Shown here piece after piece: positions 14,101-24,895 of a stretch of 64,000 bases of DNA (the first letter of the stretch is position 1; each line of letters begins with the position of its first letter). The notes under the pieces were generated by a model. The model was not told where the DNA came from and did no database searches. It saw only the letters and a program-made list of their open reading frames with translations. The DNA is taken from assembly GCF_001949145.1 (NCBI RefSeq), contig NW_019091358.1, positions 372,961-436,960 on the forward strand. Direction: 5' to 3'. The DNA is from Acanthaster planci (lineage: Eukaryota). The translations under genes and the position numbers were made by a program.

Positions 14101-17100
14101 TGCAGGCCTGGCACACTTCCTGAACTGCATTTGCCTGCCACGTGACGTCACATGAAAAACTCTATACCAATCATGGGTGATCTGTTTCTCCCCGGTTCCA
14201 GCTCACAGGCCCGGTCACTGGAGATTGAGAGGTTAGTTAGCAAGAGGAGTTGAGGCACCAGACTCTCTGCTCGTACCCTGATTTTCTTGAGCCTGTCCTC
14301 CTCCATCACTTTCCTCATCTGCTCCTTCCTGGCTTCCTTCTCCTCCAGCTTCTGCATCCTCAGCAGCTCCTTAGCCCGCGCTCGCTCCTTGAGCAACTGC
14401 TCCTTGATCAGCTGCTTCTCCTGCCGTATCCTCTCTCGGATGGCCTCCTTCTCCTCCATGGTCAGCTTGGGCTTCTTCGGCTCAGCCGGGGGTGATGTCT
14501 TCTGCTTGGCCTTTGCTTCTATAAAATAGTTTTTCCCAACAGAGAGCAACAATGAAACAGTAAAGATCATTTGGACTGAATATGTCAATACATAAACAAC
14601 GATAAAAAATTGTCAGGTAAAATCTTGTGAGTTGATGAAATACAGTGGATATCCTAGGCAAGATTCTCTACTGAGTCAATTTGAGGAAACTCTGTTGAAG
14701 ATGGCTGAGTGCATTCAGCAAGTTACATCGCTTTCAGTTCTCTCTGGCAACTGAAAATGAAATATTATAGTTTATGTCTGCTTATTCAGAAACGCTGAAT
14801 CATGTTATGAACACAAGCTCTGGGTGTTTACATCCAATTATTAACCCTCCTATGCTGAAGTCACTCTTTGGGTCATTTGGTGAACACCTTAAAGAAGCAC
14901 AGCTGTGTTGTGTTGTNNNNNNNNNNNNNNNNNNNNNNNNNNNNNNNNNNNNNNNNNNNNNNNNNNNNNNNNNNNNNNNNNNNNNNNNNNNNNNNNNNNN
15001 NNNNNNNNNNNNNNNNNNNNNNNNNNNNNNNNNNNNNNNNNNNNNNNNNNNNNNNNNNNNNNNNNNNNNNNNNNNNNNNNNNNNNNNNNNNNNNNNNNNN
15101 NNNNNNNNNNNNNNNNNNNNNNNNNNNNNNNNNNNNNNNNNNNNNNNNNNNNNNNNNNNNNNNNNNNNNNNNNNNNNNNNNNNNNNNNNNNNNNNNNNCG
15201 GGTTAACACAGCAGGTCATACATGGCTTGGATCAGAGAGAACTGAAATGAACATGTTTTCTTTCTTGAAGCCACAAAAACACTCAGTAGATCTTCAGTTA
15301 GCACAGTCTTGTACATTAAGTATCAATCATGTAATGGAACTACAGCAACATTCTTGAAATGGACAAGAGATTAACAAGTATACTAATCAGTATCGTGCTA
15401 CCTTTTCAAAATTCAAACATTGCTTCCGGTCTGCTGGGAATTTTCCCCAGCAGTACTCTTCTTACCTGGCTTGGCATCTTTAACCTGCTTGGCTTGAGCC
15501 TTTTTCTTGACTTCACACAAGGGAAGATCGTCGTCTTCATCCCCGGAGGATTCCAGCTCCGTGCTGCACTTCCAGGTTCTCTTTCCGGGGGAGAAGACAA
15601 ACAGGGGAGGTGGTCCACCGTAGAAATCGTGGAAGCTCTTCTCGGCCAGCTTGTACTTGGCTTTGTATTCGCGCTAAAGGGAGCAAACAGGATAATGAGT
15701 GACTGAAATCCCGTGCAGTTTTGGGGCCACTTTAGAAAAGAACTTGAGTTCTTAGTGGGACAGAATTGGGATTAGATCACAAAAGACACAAAGAAGAAAT
15801 TATTCCATTTATGCTACTGCATCTTATAACTAATAAGTTATGCACATTCTTTGTTCTAATGTCTATACACTGCTTGCGACGTTACAGGCAATGCAAATGG
15901 CAAAGCGTGAGTGAACAAAGTACATAAACAAAGCTGAATTGATGGCCACTGACGTATACTGCCACTACCAAGGACATACTGCTAAGATATGAAAGACTTA
16001 CTGTGATTATGTCTACAGCAACAACATATGATGCTTACCTTCACACACCACACATGGTTAACAATGGCACAGTGCTGCTTCAAAAATAACTTGTTCTTCT
16101 CTCTTGTATACAGGCCTTTCTTCCTCCTAAAAAAGTGACAGTGTGCAAATTCAGTTTAAAAAGAAAAAGAGAACTTGACTGGTCCTTTCTAACCCAAAAT
16201 GCAAATCGCTTTGAAGTTTTATTTTGGAATAAGTGCTGTGTAGCCCAACCAACTACCGACATAACATCGTTGAGGGCTACAGAGTACCCAAGTGTGACGT
16301 CATTTTGAACCAGGAAGTGTAGTGCAAACTAAATGGAGTACGCCGTGTGTTGGATCACGAGCTGGTTTTACGCTAATGCCTTTTACACACACAGTTGCAC
16401 CCATGACATATTCAATTCGGTACTCTATGGCTTTATATACAGTCATTTGCAAAAGTTTAGGACTAACCATAGAAAATGCATTAACCTAAAAGAAAACCAA
16501 ACTTAAACCAATCAATCATGGCAACTTATGTTTATTTTCAATGTGTAACCTTAGTACCTTGGTTGAACATTTTTGAATACATTTCCGTGCTTTGACATGT
16601 GAGCAGTCTAATATTCAGTGTTCCCTCCTTTATTTCTGATTGCTTAGACTGGCTTTTTTTCCCAAGCTGCCTAACAGACAAAATGTCATACAATACCTGC
16701 CTCTGCAAAAAAATTTCATTCAAATGGGTATATAGCACTACACTGATGTTATGCACCACTGAAAAATCCTGTTAAGTAATCAGTCAATGAGACAATGTAA
16801 TGCAGGCCCAGTGACAGACAGAGGTCTTGAACTTTTGCAAATGACTGTAGTCTCCATTCAAGAGACACACTGTTTCCCTCAGATTCTATCCTTTGTAGTG
16901 GGAAAATGTTTAGTTAGTAAATCTCATGTTATAGACTAGACAGCCAGGCTTATTTTCACAAAAACACAGAGCCACTACCCCGTGCTGGATCGACATGATG
17001 ACGATGTCCTTATGTGGCATAGGTGGTAACCAATGTATGTCCTTTGAATTCTTCCTAAAAGGACACAAAATGGTTGCAACCTATGCCACGTAAAGTCATC

Positions 17101-20100
17101 ATAATCATGCCGATCCAGCACTGGGTACTGGCTCTGGTTTTTTCAAGGTCTGCCTTTCACTGAATGATTGCCTGCTACCTAAATACCACGGCAACCCTTT
17201 TTGCCTATGACAATGGCGGATGCATGTCCTGTCACGCGAGTCAGTAAGAGCCCCTCATTTCAAGGGTTTAAAGGGGTTGAGGATAACATTAGGTCTCAAG
17301 TAAAATGTAGGAGAAAAAGAAACACGAGAAGAAACTAACCCGATATTTTTGTAGTCCACTTCGTAAGTCCCATTACCCTGGAGAGACATGACTTGGTAGC
17401 GGTACTCACTTGACTCTGGAGTTTGAGGTGGACCAGTCTGATTGCTGAAAACCAAATCGACATCGAGCGCATCAAAGAGAGAAATGAAAGGCTATTGCTG
17501 CAAAACAAGGTGTGACAGCCACCAAAATATTTTGATATTCCTCGTGGAGACCTACAGATTAACTGGACATAATGTGCAAGCCTACCTACGGGAAAAAATG
17601 AGGAAAAAACAGACACACAAGAACGAGAAAACTGTAAAGCAAAGACTCGGTGAAAAGGAAACATATTGTGACGCTTTTGTATCACATCCCATTTATAAAT
17701 GTTGACATTCGTCACATAGCAATCCAAACTCAGGTTGTCTGTGATATCAGGCATGCACCAAACGTAAAGCTGAACTAGGACCCTCATTTCAGTCGCATTC
17801 ACCAAACTTCCTCAAGCATCTTTCCAACAACAAAGAGCTGCAACTTATACCATGACATAAGGCATCTATTATCAAAGAACTCTGGCTTGTGACTAGTTGA
17901 GCATTTCTGCAGTCACACAGCTGGTGCTGTGAATAGTGACTGCAGAACTGTGGCTGGCAAAAGCAAAACAAATGGGACCAAATCTGGAGAAAAGTTGAGA
18001 CTCTCAGCAACAAACTGTCCGGACTTCACACAATGACATCAGGCATGAATTGCTGTGAACTGCCCTCCGTCTTTTGTTTTGGTGTCGTCCAGCATCGCTA
18101 ATTACCTTGTCTTGGGCTCACCCATCTTGAGGACCTTTTCCTGGCCATCATCGTCAATAATGATGACATCATCACTATCGCTGGCTTCCCCATTGGTAAA
18201 CTCACTCCCTCCAGCAGGCGGAATCACCCCAACCACTCTGCACGTCTCCCTGCATACAAATAAATAAATGAAGTATAAATAAAGGAATAAATTTTTTAAA
18301 ATCCCTAACATGCATATAGGTTAATGCAGGCCAGTGCTCCCAAATTAGATTAACTTAGCTCTTCTCCAAGTTTTTGTACAGAGAATCAAATCATCTGAAA
18401 AGACCTTATGCTTCAGTACATATATGTGCCTCAGTACTGACCTGGACTTTTCTCTAGTTGACACTCACTTGCAGGATTATTTTATGCCTAAAATGTATTT
18501 CTGTGAGGAACCACAAAGTTATGTAAATCAATTGCTCTTTCTTCAATAGGCTACAAATTTTATATGTTTTATACATATTACATCAATGCCTACTTTACAA
18601 AATAAATGGTTTTTATGTTTTGAAATCAGCAGTAATGTAAAGTAAAACCTGTCTTAGCGACCACCTGTGCATAACGTCCACCTGTCAATAACGACCATTT
18701 TTAAATCCGCCGATGAAAAAACTGATGTTTTTGTACTGTGTATAACGACCAACTGTTCAAAGCGACCAGCAATCACCCATTATTGCACCAGTGCAGGCAC
18801 TAAGTCTGTACAGAATGACTGCCAGAAGAGGAAAATCATCATGCTGCTGGACAACGCCACATGTCACCCACACCTGCCACTAAAGCAAATCAAACCCCGA
18901 ACACAGCATCTGTGACACAGCCTATGAACCAAGGCATCATCCAGGTGCTGAAACTCAAGCTCAGAAAGAAACAGCCGAGCAGTGTTTTGCAGAAGTTGGA
19001 GAGCAACAAGGAAATGACTGGCCCTGACTTGCTTAAGGCAACCAATGTCTTACAGACCATCTACTGGGTTGAGCAGTCATGGAGAGAGGTAGACAGCACT
19101 ACCATCCAGAAATGCTTCAAGAAATGTGGGGTTGGAGCAGATGTGGCTGCTGAAGAGGAAGGAGAAAACAAGGCAGCAGAAGATGGGGCTCTTGAGTCTG
19201 CTTGTTGCAAGGCACTGAACATTTCCCTACAAGAACTCAGTCTGAGAGAAGACAGACTGGCGACTACCGACAACAATCCAGTCTCATCCATGGCTGATCT
19301 CCAGCAACGCCTCCATGACAATGAAGACCTTGAGAGTGATTGGAAGGAGGAAAATCACAACAACGAAGAACCTGGCTACAGCACTGTTGTCAACAACTTT
19401 GAGCAGTTGGCAGCCATGTTGACAGATCTGAGAAATTTTGCTGTCATGAAGGGCTGTGGAAATCTAGTTGATGCCTGCATGGACATGGAAGAGAAAGTTG
19501 CAGCAGAAAGCCTTCGTCGACGTCACGCCGCTAGCCAATCATCAATCCTGAACTTCTTCAAAAAAGTTTGAGCACTGACTCCAACTGGCCCACAAGGAGG
19601 CCACACCAAACCAATCGGCTCTTTTCAGAGCCAACATTATGGCACTGTGTGAGAAACATCCCCGTCATTGGGCTAGTAATGCGCCGCTGCAGCAGAGCTA
19701 ATTCTCACAAAACAATTCCAAAACCTTGTAAGATCCCCTTATTAAAAATAAAATGAGGTGACCCAGTCTGTTTTTCATATCATCGTTTATCACATAAGTC
19801 TTAAAAACTCAACAACACACTAAAAATACATGTACAAGTATTTAGAATAAAATCAAATAAATTTAAAGATTTTTCCGTTTAACCCTAACCCTACATAATA
19901 CTACAAAGTACTACTTGTAGTAAAATGTAGTAATCAGTGCTGCCGCTTGTTAGAGGACGTGACCATATTGTTCTCTGAAGCCGTAAAATACAATAGAAAA
20001 GACAATGTACCATATAGTGCTGTGGCACTATGAATGCATGGCTTTATTGTTCTCAGTACAAGTAACAATGGAAGTAACCTGGACAGAAGTCGTAATTTTT

Positions 20101-22490
20101 AGTGCTAGGTCCTTCAGGCTCAGGCTACTACTTAGTATTTTGTAGTACTGAGAACTCTAAACAAAACAATATGCGTGACGGTCAGGGTTAAAGCACAATC
20201 ACGTCATTATGGGCTGGACGCAATGGTTGCTATATAAGGCAGATTTAACTGACTTAACTTTCCATGTAAGGGTCGCAAATATTGCCAACCTGTATAGAGA
20301 GACCACCTGTCAAGAAGACCACTTTTTCTGTTTCCCTTGAGTGGTCTTTATGGACAGGTTTGACTGTATTCTGAGATCAGAGATTTATGAAATAGAGTAA
20401 CGAAAAGTAACTTTCACCAAACATAATCATGCTCACCAGGATTCAGTGCAATGAACTGCACCTTAGGGGTGGGTTAGGCTGAGCATTTTGGGGGGCGGGA
20501 TGAAGTCACAATATGTATCGGTACTGAATATAGTATATTGTAATTAGACTTACAGAAGTCAGAAGGGGAACATTTAATCTGCAGTGTGCACATCTTATGG
20601 TTGTATGACATGTTTCAAATGTCACTTCCCTGAATGTTAATGAACGGCGGCAGAAGGATTTGCAATGGGGGAGGTCCAGTTGTGAGACATCAGGCATCTG
20701 CATTAATAGGCCTATCTATTGAGTCCCACCCCATTACATGGCCTGAGTAATTCCACAAATTAGGAGTCCAAAAGTGTGACATTTTTGTGTCCCTGTTACA
20801 TCTGAACTTTGTTTTTTGACATTTAAATATTACTGGAATTGATTGCAAACTATTACTATTTGTTTGGCAGGTTATCTGCATTAAATTATCACTCTCGGAA
20901 ATTAGAAAATGTGCTCTGAACTTACAAAATCTTATGTCAGATGTAACAGGGACACAAAAAATGGACTCCTAATTTCTGGAATTACCCACCTACAAAACAT
21001 GGGGGGCCATGCTTCCCAGTCAAAAAAGTGGGAGAGGGCACTGACCCCCTGGCCCCCGCCGCCAGTGATGTTAGTTAGCCATTTTGAATGAGGTGCAAGT
21101 TATTGAACTGTTGATTCAATGTCCACTTTGTGTAATTAATCCAGTGGCGTACCTCATCCCCTTGTGCGAGACATCCACGATCTCCCCAATGAAGTAACGG
21201 TCCCGGGCAAAGACGAAGACATCGTCACACAGATCGGCCAGACGGCCCCTCTGGGTGAGGGTGACCAGGTAGAGGATAGGGCCTTCCAGGTAGACAGGGA
21301 AGCTGGCCAGGTACCGGCGCGCCTTGGCTTCGCTCTCCACGGCCTCCTGGTAAGTCAGGCCGGGCTTGCCTGTCAGACTACAACTCCACACTAGGCTGTT
21401 ACACAGGATAGTCCGCTTGAAGAACTCACTGGAGGCACAAGTACGGTCCAAAGTAGAAAATTCAATTGAAACTCACTCTTGCATTCTTGCTAGTTGTCCA
21501 AAATAACTAAATGAGTACAATATGAGTTAGTATGAAAATGGTTAACATAACTTTTCACATTTCACAGTCAGAGTGCATATGCAACAATAACCTAACACAA
21601 AATTACATTATCATCAAAAAGTTTCAACCACTTCAAAATGTCTAGTAAATAGCCTGGTTCAATCATTTTGAATACAACATCTAAGTACAGTCTGACAAAG
21701 TTTCTGATTAACAATTATAAATTAGGAGTATTTCCACTATTCAAATCTTACTGACAAACATCTGTTCACTCAAGCCGTGCCAGTCACTCAATTTTCCTTC
21801 TTCAACAAGTTGTTTCACACGCAATTAATCCTCCTAAATTTTGGGCTTAACACCTGAACATGTCAGCCATACCATACTGAACTGGCCAAAACATGAAACT
21901 TCATTAGGCCTGAGACTGGAAAATGGCCTTGGATTTAATTGTTGGCGTCTTGGAGAGGCCACATGGGAAAAGCCCCAACACAAGAATCCATCATATCCAT
22001 GGTCTGATGGTAGGCCTATTTATGTATCACACAGCTCTAGTTATGCATCACACAACATGTACAACCCACTCATGCCAACACGAACTCTTCCATTCATTAG
22101 AAACTCCTTCCCAAAGAATTAGTCCCAATAACAAAAGCCCATGAGCAAACGCAAACCCCTTCAGTCCGTGCACCCGGCAGTGTAGCGCCGTGTGTTATGT
22201 TACGGGTGCGGGTACACGCATACATGATGGAAGGTTCCTTCGTAGAGGAACAAAAATGGCGCAATTTTGCGAACTGCTCTCACATTGGTCCAACACTTCC
22301 TACCACACGTCTGAATACAAGAAGCACAGGTCGACCTAAACACATAAAAGCACACGTGGATTGTCCCTGAGACTCACTTGAAATCCCTGAATAGTTCATT
22401 TGTGAGTCTGCAGACGAAAACCTCCTCATCTGGTCGTAAGTCCGGAGGAGGTTTGATGGGCTTGAACTCTCGGCGCCGTAGCAAAGGCAT
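679..22490 (-). CDS. BAZ1A: BAZ1A/ACF1 (bromodomain adjacent to zinc finger 1A), multi-exon, 3' end (bromodomain) outside the window
   Basis: Inferred coding exons 5'->3': 22490-22378 (MPLLRRREFKPIKPPPDLRPDEEVF, WAC start), 21428-21153 (EFFKRTILCNSLVWSC..GLTYQEA, WAC), 18249-18106, 17444-17340, 16126-16039, 15673-15466, 14518-14277, 13800-13705 (DDLECDDLK), 13270-13132 (DDT: LPQELFGDVVVVLEFIYHF), 12801-12649, 12295-12200, 11878-11654, 10744-10579 (WHIM1), 10029-8871 (PLGEDRIYRRFW and LNRRGFREKAL, WHIM2/3), an exon partly in the gap ending at 8079, 7237-7080, 6737-6636, 5863-5628 plus 5291-4960 (PHD1 and acidic tract), 3848-3681 (PHD2), 887-679 (PHD3). All visible junctions are GT-AG and phase-compatible. 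Domain order matches ACF1/BAZ1A. Confidence 0.95.
1079..1137. repeat. 59-bp hairpin: collapsed family C element
   Basis: TTAACCCTAACCCTCCTCAATCCT-(11 nt)-AGGATTGAGGAGGGTTAGGGTTAA, perfect 24-bp arms. Confidence 0.85.
1814..2332 (+). mobile_element. Repeat family A (CCACTT-ended non-autonomous TIR element, piggyBac-like), 3'-truncated copy
   Basis: Begins AACCACTTGCTGCCGG and is nearly collinear with 62388-62957 over ~500 bp. The right TIR is missing. Confidence 0.85.
4242..4829 (-). mobile_element. Repeat family A, full-length copy, reverse orientation
   Basis: TTAA|CCACTTCCTGCCGG ... CCGGCAGTAAGTGG|TTCA. The interior is the reverse complement of the copies at 1814 and 62388. Confidence 0.88.
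5058..5102 (-). repeat. Coding 15-bp tandem repeat x3 (EEESE) in the BAZ1A acidic tract
   Basis: TTCACTTTCTTCCTC repeated three times. Confidence 0.85.
8216..8791. other. Assembly gap hiding the 5' part of a BAZ1A exon
   Basis: N run. Coding frame QCQQISWG.. emerges from it with no visible acceptor. Confidence 0.95.
14917..15198. other. Assembly gap, probably inside a TTAA-flanked repeat
   Basis: N run between TTAACCCT (14841) and CGGGTTAA (15199-15206). The flanking BAZ1A exons splice in phase without it. Confidence 0.9.
16960..17142. repeat. Fold-back MITE-like inverted repeat
   Basis: CAGAGCCACTACCC..GTGCTGGATCGACATGA..GTGGCATAGGT.. pairs with ..ACCTATGCCAC..TCATGCCGATCCAGCAC..GGGTACTGGCTCTG. 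Confidence 0.72.
18640..20366 (+). mobile_element. Internally deleted pogo/Tigger (Tc1/mariner superfamily) DNA transposon in a BAZ1A intron
   Basis: TA-flanked TIRs (AAGTAAAACCTGTC... / ...GACAGGTTTGACTG) with subterminal GACCAC repeats. It contains a frameshifted DDE_1 transposase fragment. Confidence 0.9.
18826..19571 (+). pseudogene. pogo/Tigger transposase C-terminal fragment (DDE_1), frameshifted, no DNA-binding domain
   Basis: RKIIMLLDNATCH, then a frame change to PNTASVTQPMNQGII..NVLQTIYWVEQSWREVDSTTIQKCFKKCG..QSSILNFF. The last catalytic Asp position (QPxDQG) reads QPMNQG. Confidence 0.88.
20746..20986. mobile_element. Repeat family D TIR MITE (GRG ends; possibly Sola2-like)
   Basis: GAGTAATTCCACAAATTAGGAGTCC.. 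/ ..GGACTCCTAATTTCTGGAATTACCC. Homologous to 45423-45665. Confidence 0.75.
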
Positions 22491-24895
22491 CGTTCATGCG
22501 TTGACCATCTGCGACCACACATAAACCTGCAACAAACAATGACCGGGAAAAGCACACTTTTTATGAATGGCCCAAAACACGGTATCTCAAGTTACACGTG
22601 GCTTAAAATGTGCACCAAGAGTGTCACAAATGGTCAAATGAAGCGATGAGCTTATTTTCGGCCATGGATGACAAAATACTTGCCCAAATCTACGGTGAAA
22701 TTCTGGTGTCTTGAAAAACAAGTTCTGCCACACGACGTGATATTGAGCCAACGTTCATATTTTATGCAAGTGCACTGACGCATTCTACAACAGACCACCG
22801 TTGGGGTAGGGTAGATAAAGTGCTCGAATTTACCAAAGAGAGCTAATAGATTTACATGTAACTTGGCAGTGTAGTAAATAACATCTGCCGACACATACCT
22901 GAGAAATTTCATACACTCCAATGATGATTTCATAGAATAATCTAGTTTTATAGCAACTGCCTAACACCAAAAGTGATCATCTAGAGTGTTGAGGGCGGGA
23001 AATGAATGCCTGATTTGGAAATCTAATGTGACGTCACTTTGACTGACAGGTAATTTTGGACCGCAGAGTTGACTTGAATATTTTAACATCTCATATCATG
23101 AAGCGCGCGTAAACTCGAATAACATTAATAGTTTGAAAATACAATTTCACATTTTTACCGATGCACTTACCCTTATAAACATTGTGTGATATCTTTTCTT
23201 TACAATTACTATAATTAGTTTCTTTTAAATTTACTATCATTTTCGGTATCAGAGAGGGGAAGGGGTGACCCCCTCCATCCGCGTCGGTGCATTTATTCCA
23301 TTTTTCACTGGTTAGTTGGATTTGTTTTCAGTGAGTAATGTGAAGGCTGACATGTAACCTTTCAGTTGACGACAAAGTGGATAAATGCCACATCTAGTTG
23401 TCCCAATAACGACGGAATTAGGAGGCAAGCCAGGAAACGTAACGCATGCCGAACCGTGACTTCGGCAGCATCTGCTGGGGAGGGCACCCGATTGGATGCT
23501 TTAAATTGCCTACATTTAATTGCATTTTCTTGAGTGATCTTTTGCATGAATAAAAAAAATAGCTTTGTGTTATCACTATCAGAAATAAAAAAGGAAGGAG
23601 AAAAAGATTCTTTTAATAATCTCCTTTCCTGGTTCCAACATAGAATCATATAACATAATACAATATTGTTCCTTGTTACATTAACAAAATGTAGCTGTTG
23701 AAAAGGGAAGTCAAACTAATGGTTAATTGTATTTCCTTTCATAATTCACTTTTTCCAATTTAGTGCAATTTTTTAAGCCATTAATTACACTGTATTAAAA
23801 TTGACGACCAAATGTACGTGTACTTTGAAAAGTAAACAGAAACACAAAACACATTTTTTTTTCAAACAAACTTTAATTTTATGACTCAATTATTGTACAT
23901 CTTCATGTCATACAATGTATACCATTTTGTGTACATAAATCTTAGACATTAAAACTATTGTACAGCTGAGTTTTAAAATGACCCTTGGAAAAAGTCCACA
24001 CACATCTATGAAACTGCTACAATTTCATTCATAGGTCAATTACATTTAATATTACCAATAAATTCAACTTACTTTTAAACAGAGTTATTTCAGTTTGACT
24101 CATTAACAGAAAACCACACGTTAAAAACGTCCAGTAGACATGACAAGTGCGTCCTTCACACAAACACAGTACACTGTTTACTTGTATGAAAATTCAGTCT
24201 TAAAGATCCGAGTACTGGGTGCTTGTTCAATAAGGCACAAGCTACAATTTGCAACATATTATTTAGTTTCTGTGAAAAATATATTTCCCCTTTAAAAACC
24301 TTTTATAACAATTTAAGGGAAAGGTCTGCTTAAATCTACCTGCCAACCCACACATTATCATGTGAAAACTAGCTTCTTCATAGGTATTATAATCATTTCC
24401 AATTAGTTTGCTTTAAAAATGCAGTTTTTAATGCTTCAGTTACTAACATCAAGAAAACTATTTCCACCAGATGTACATGTAGATAAGGTGCAATGACCTG
24501 ATGCAGAAAAGTACAGCAATTTTTGAGAAGAAATTGTAAAACCAACACACATACATGTATCAATGTATTAATGTATTACATCATGTATTAACACTAACCC
24601 CCCTTAGATGTAAGTAAAATCATATTGAAATGGGAGGATTTGGGACTGTTAGGGTTAATAAACATTTGTCCTTTTCATAGTCCAAAGACAAGACTTTCTT
24701 GTTTAATATTCATAAGCAGGTTCTGGTAAAGGTTTCTGACAGGAAAGGATATGTTGACCATCGGGTGCAACGGAACAGGTCAATCCTGTACCATGTCTTC
24801 AAGTATTAAATGATCTAAAGCATAACGGCAATGATCGTGCTTCCCCAGGCAAGATTTTCATGTCAGAGAGTCCAAAAGCCAGCAACACACCAACA

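Noticed and set aside
14774..15357. ORFs spanning the second N run, or a missing BAZ1A exon
   Set aside because: Gap artefacts. The flanking exons already join in phase.
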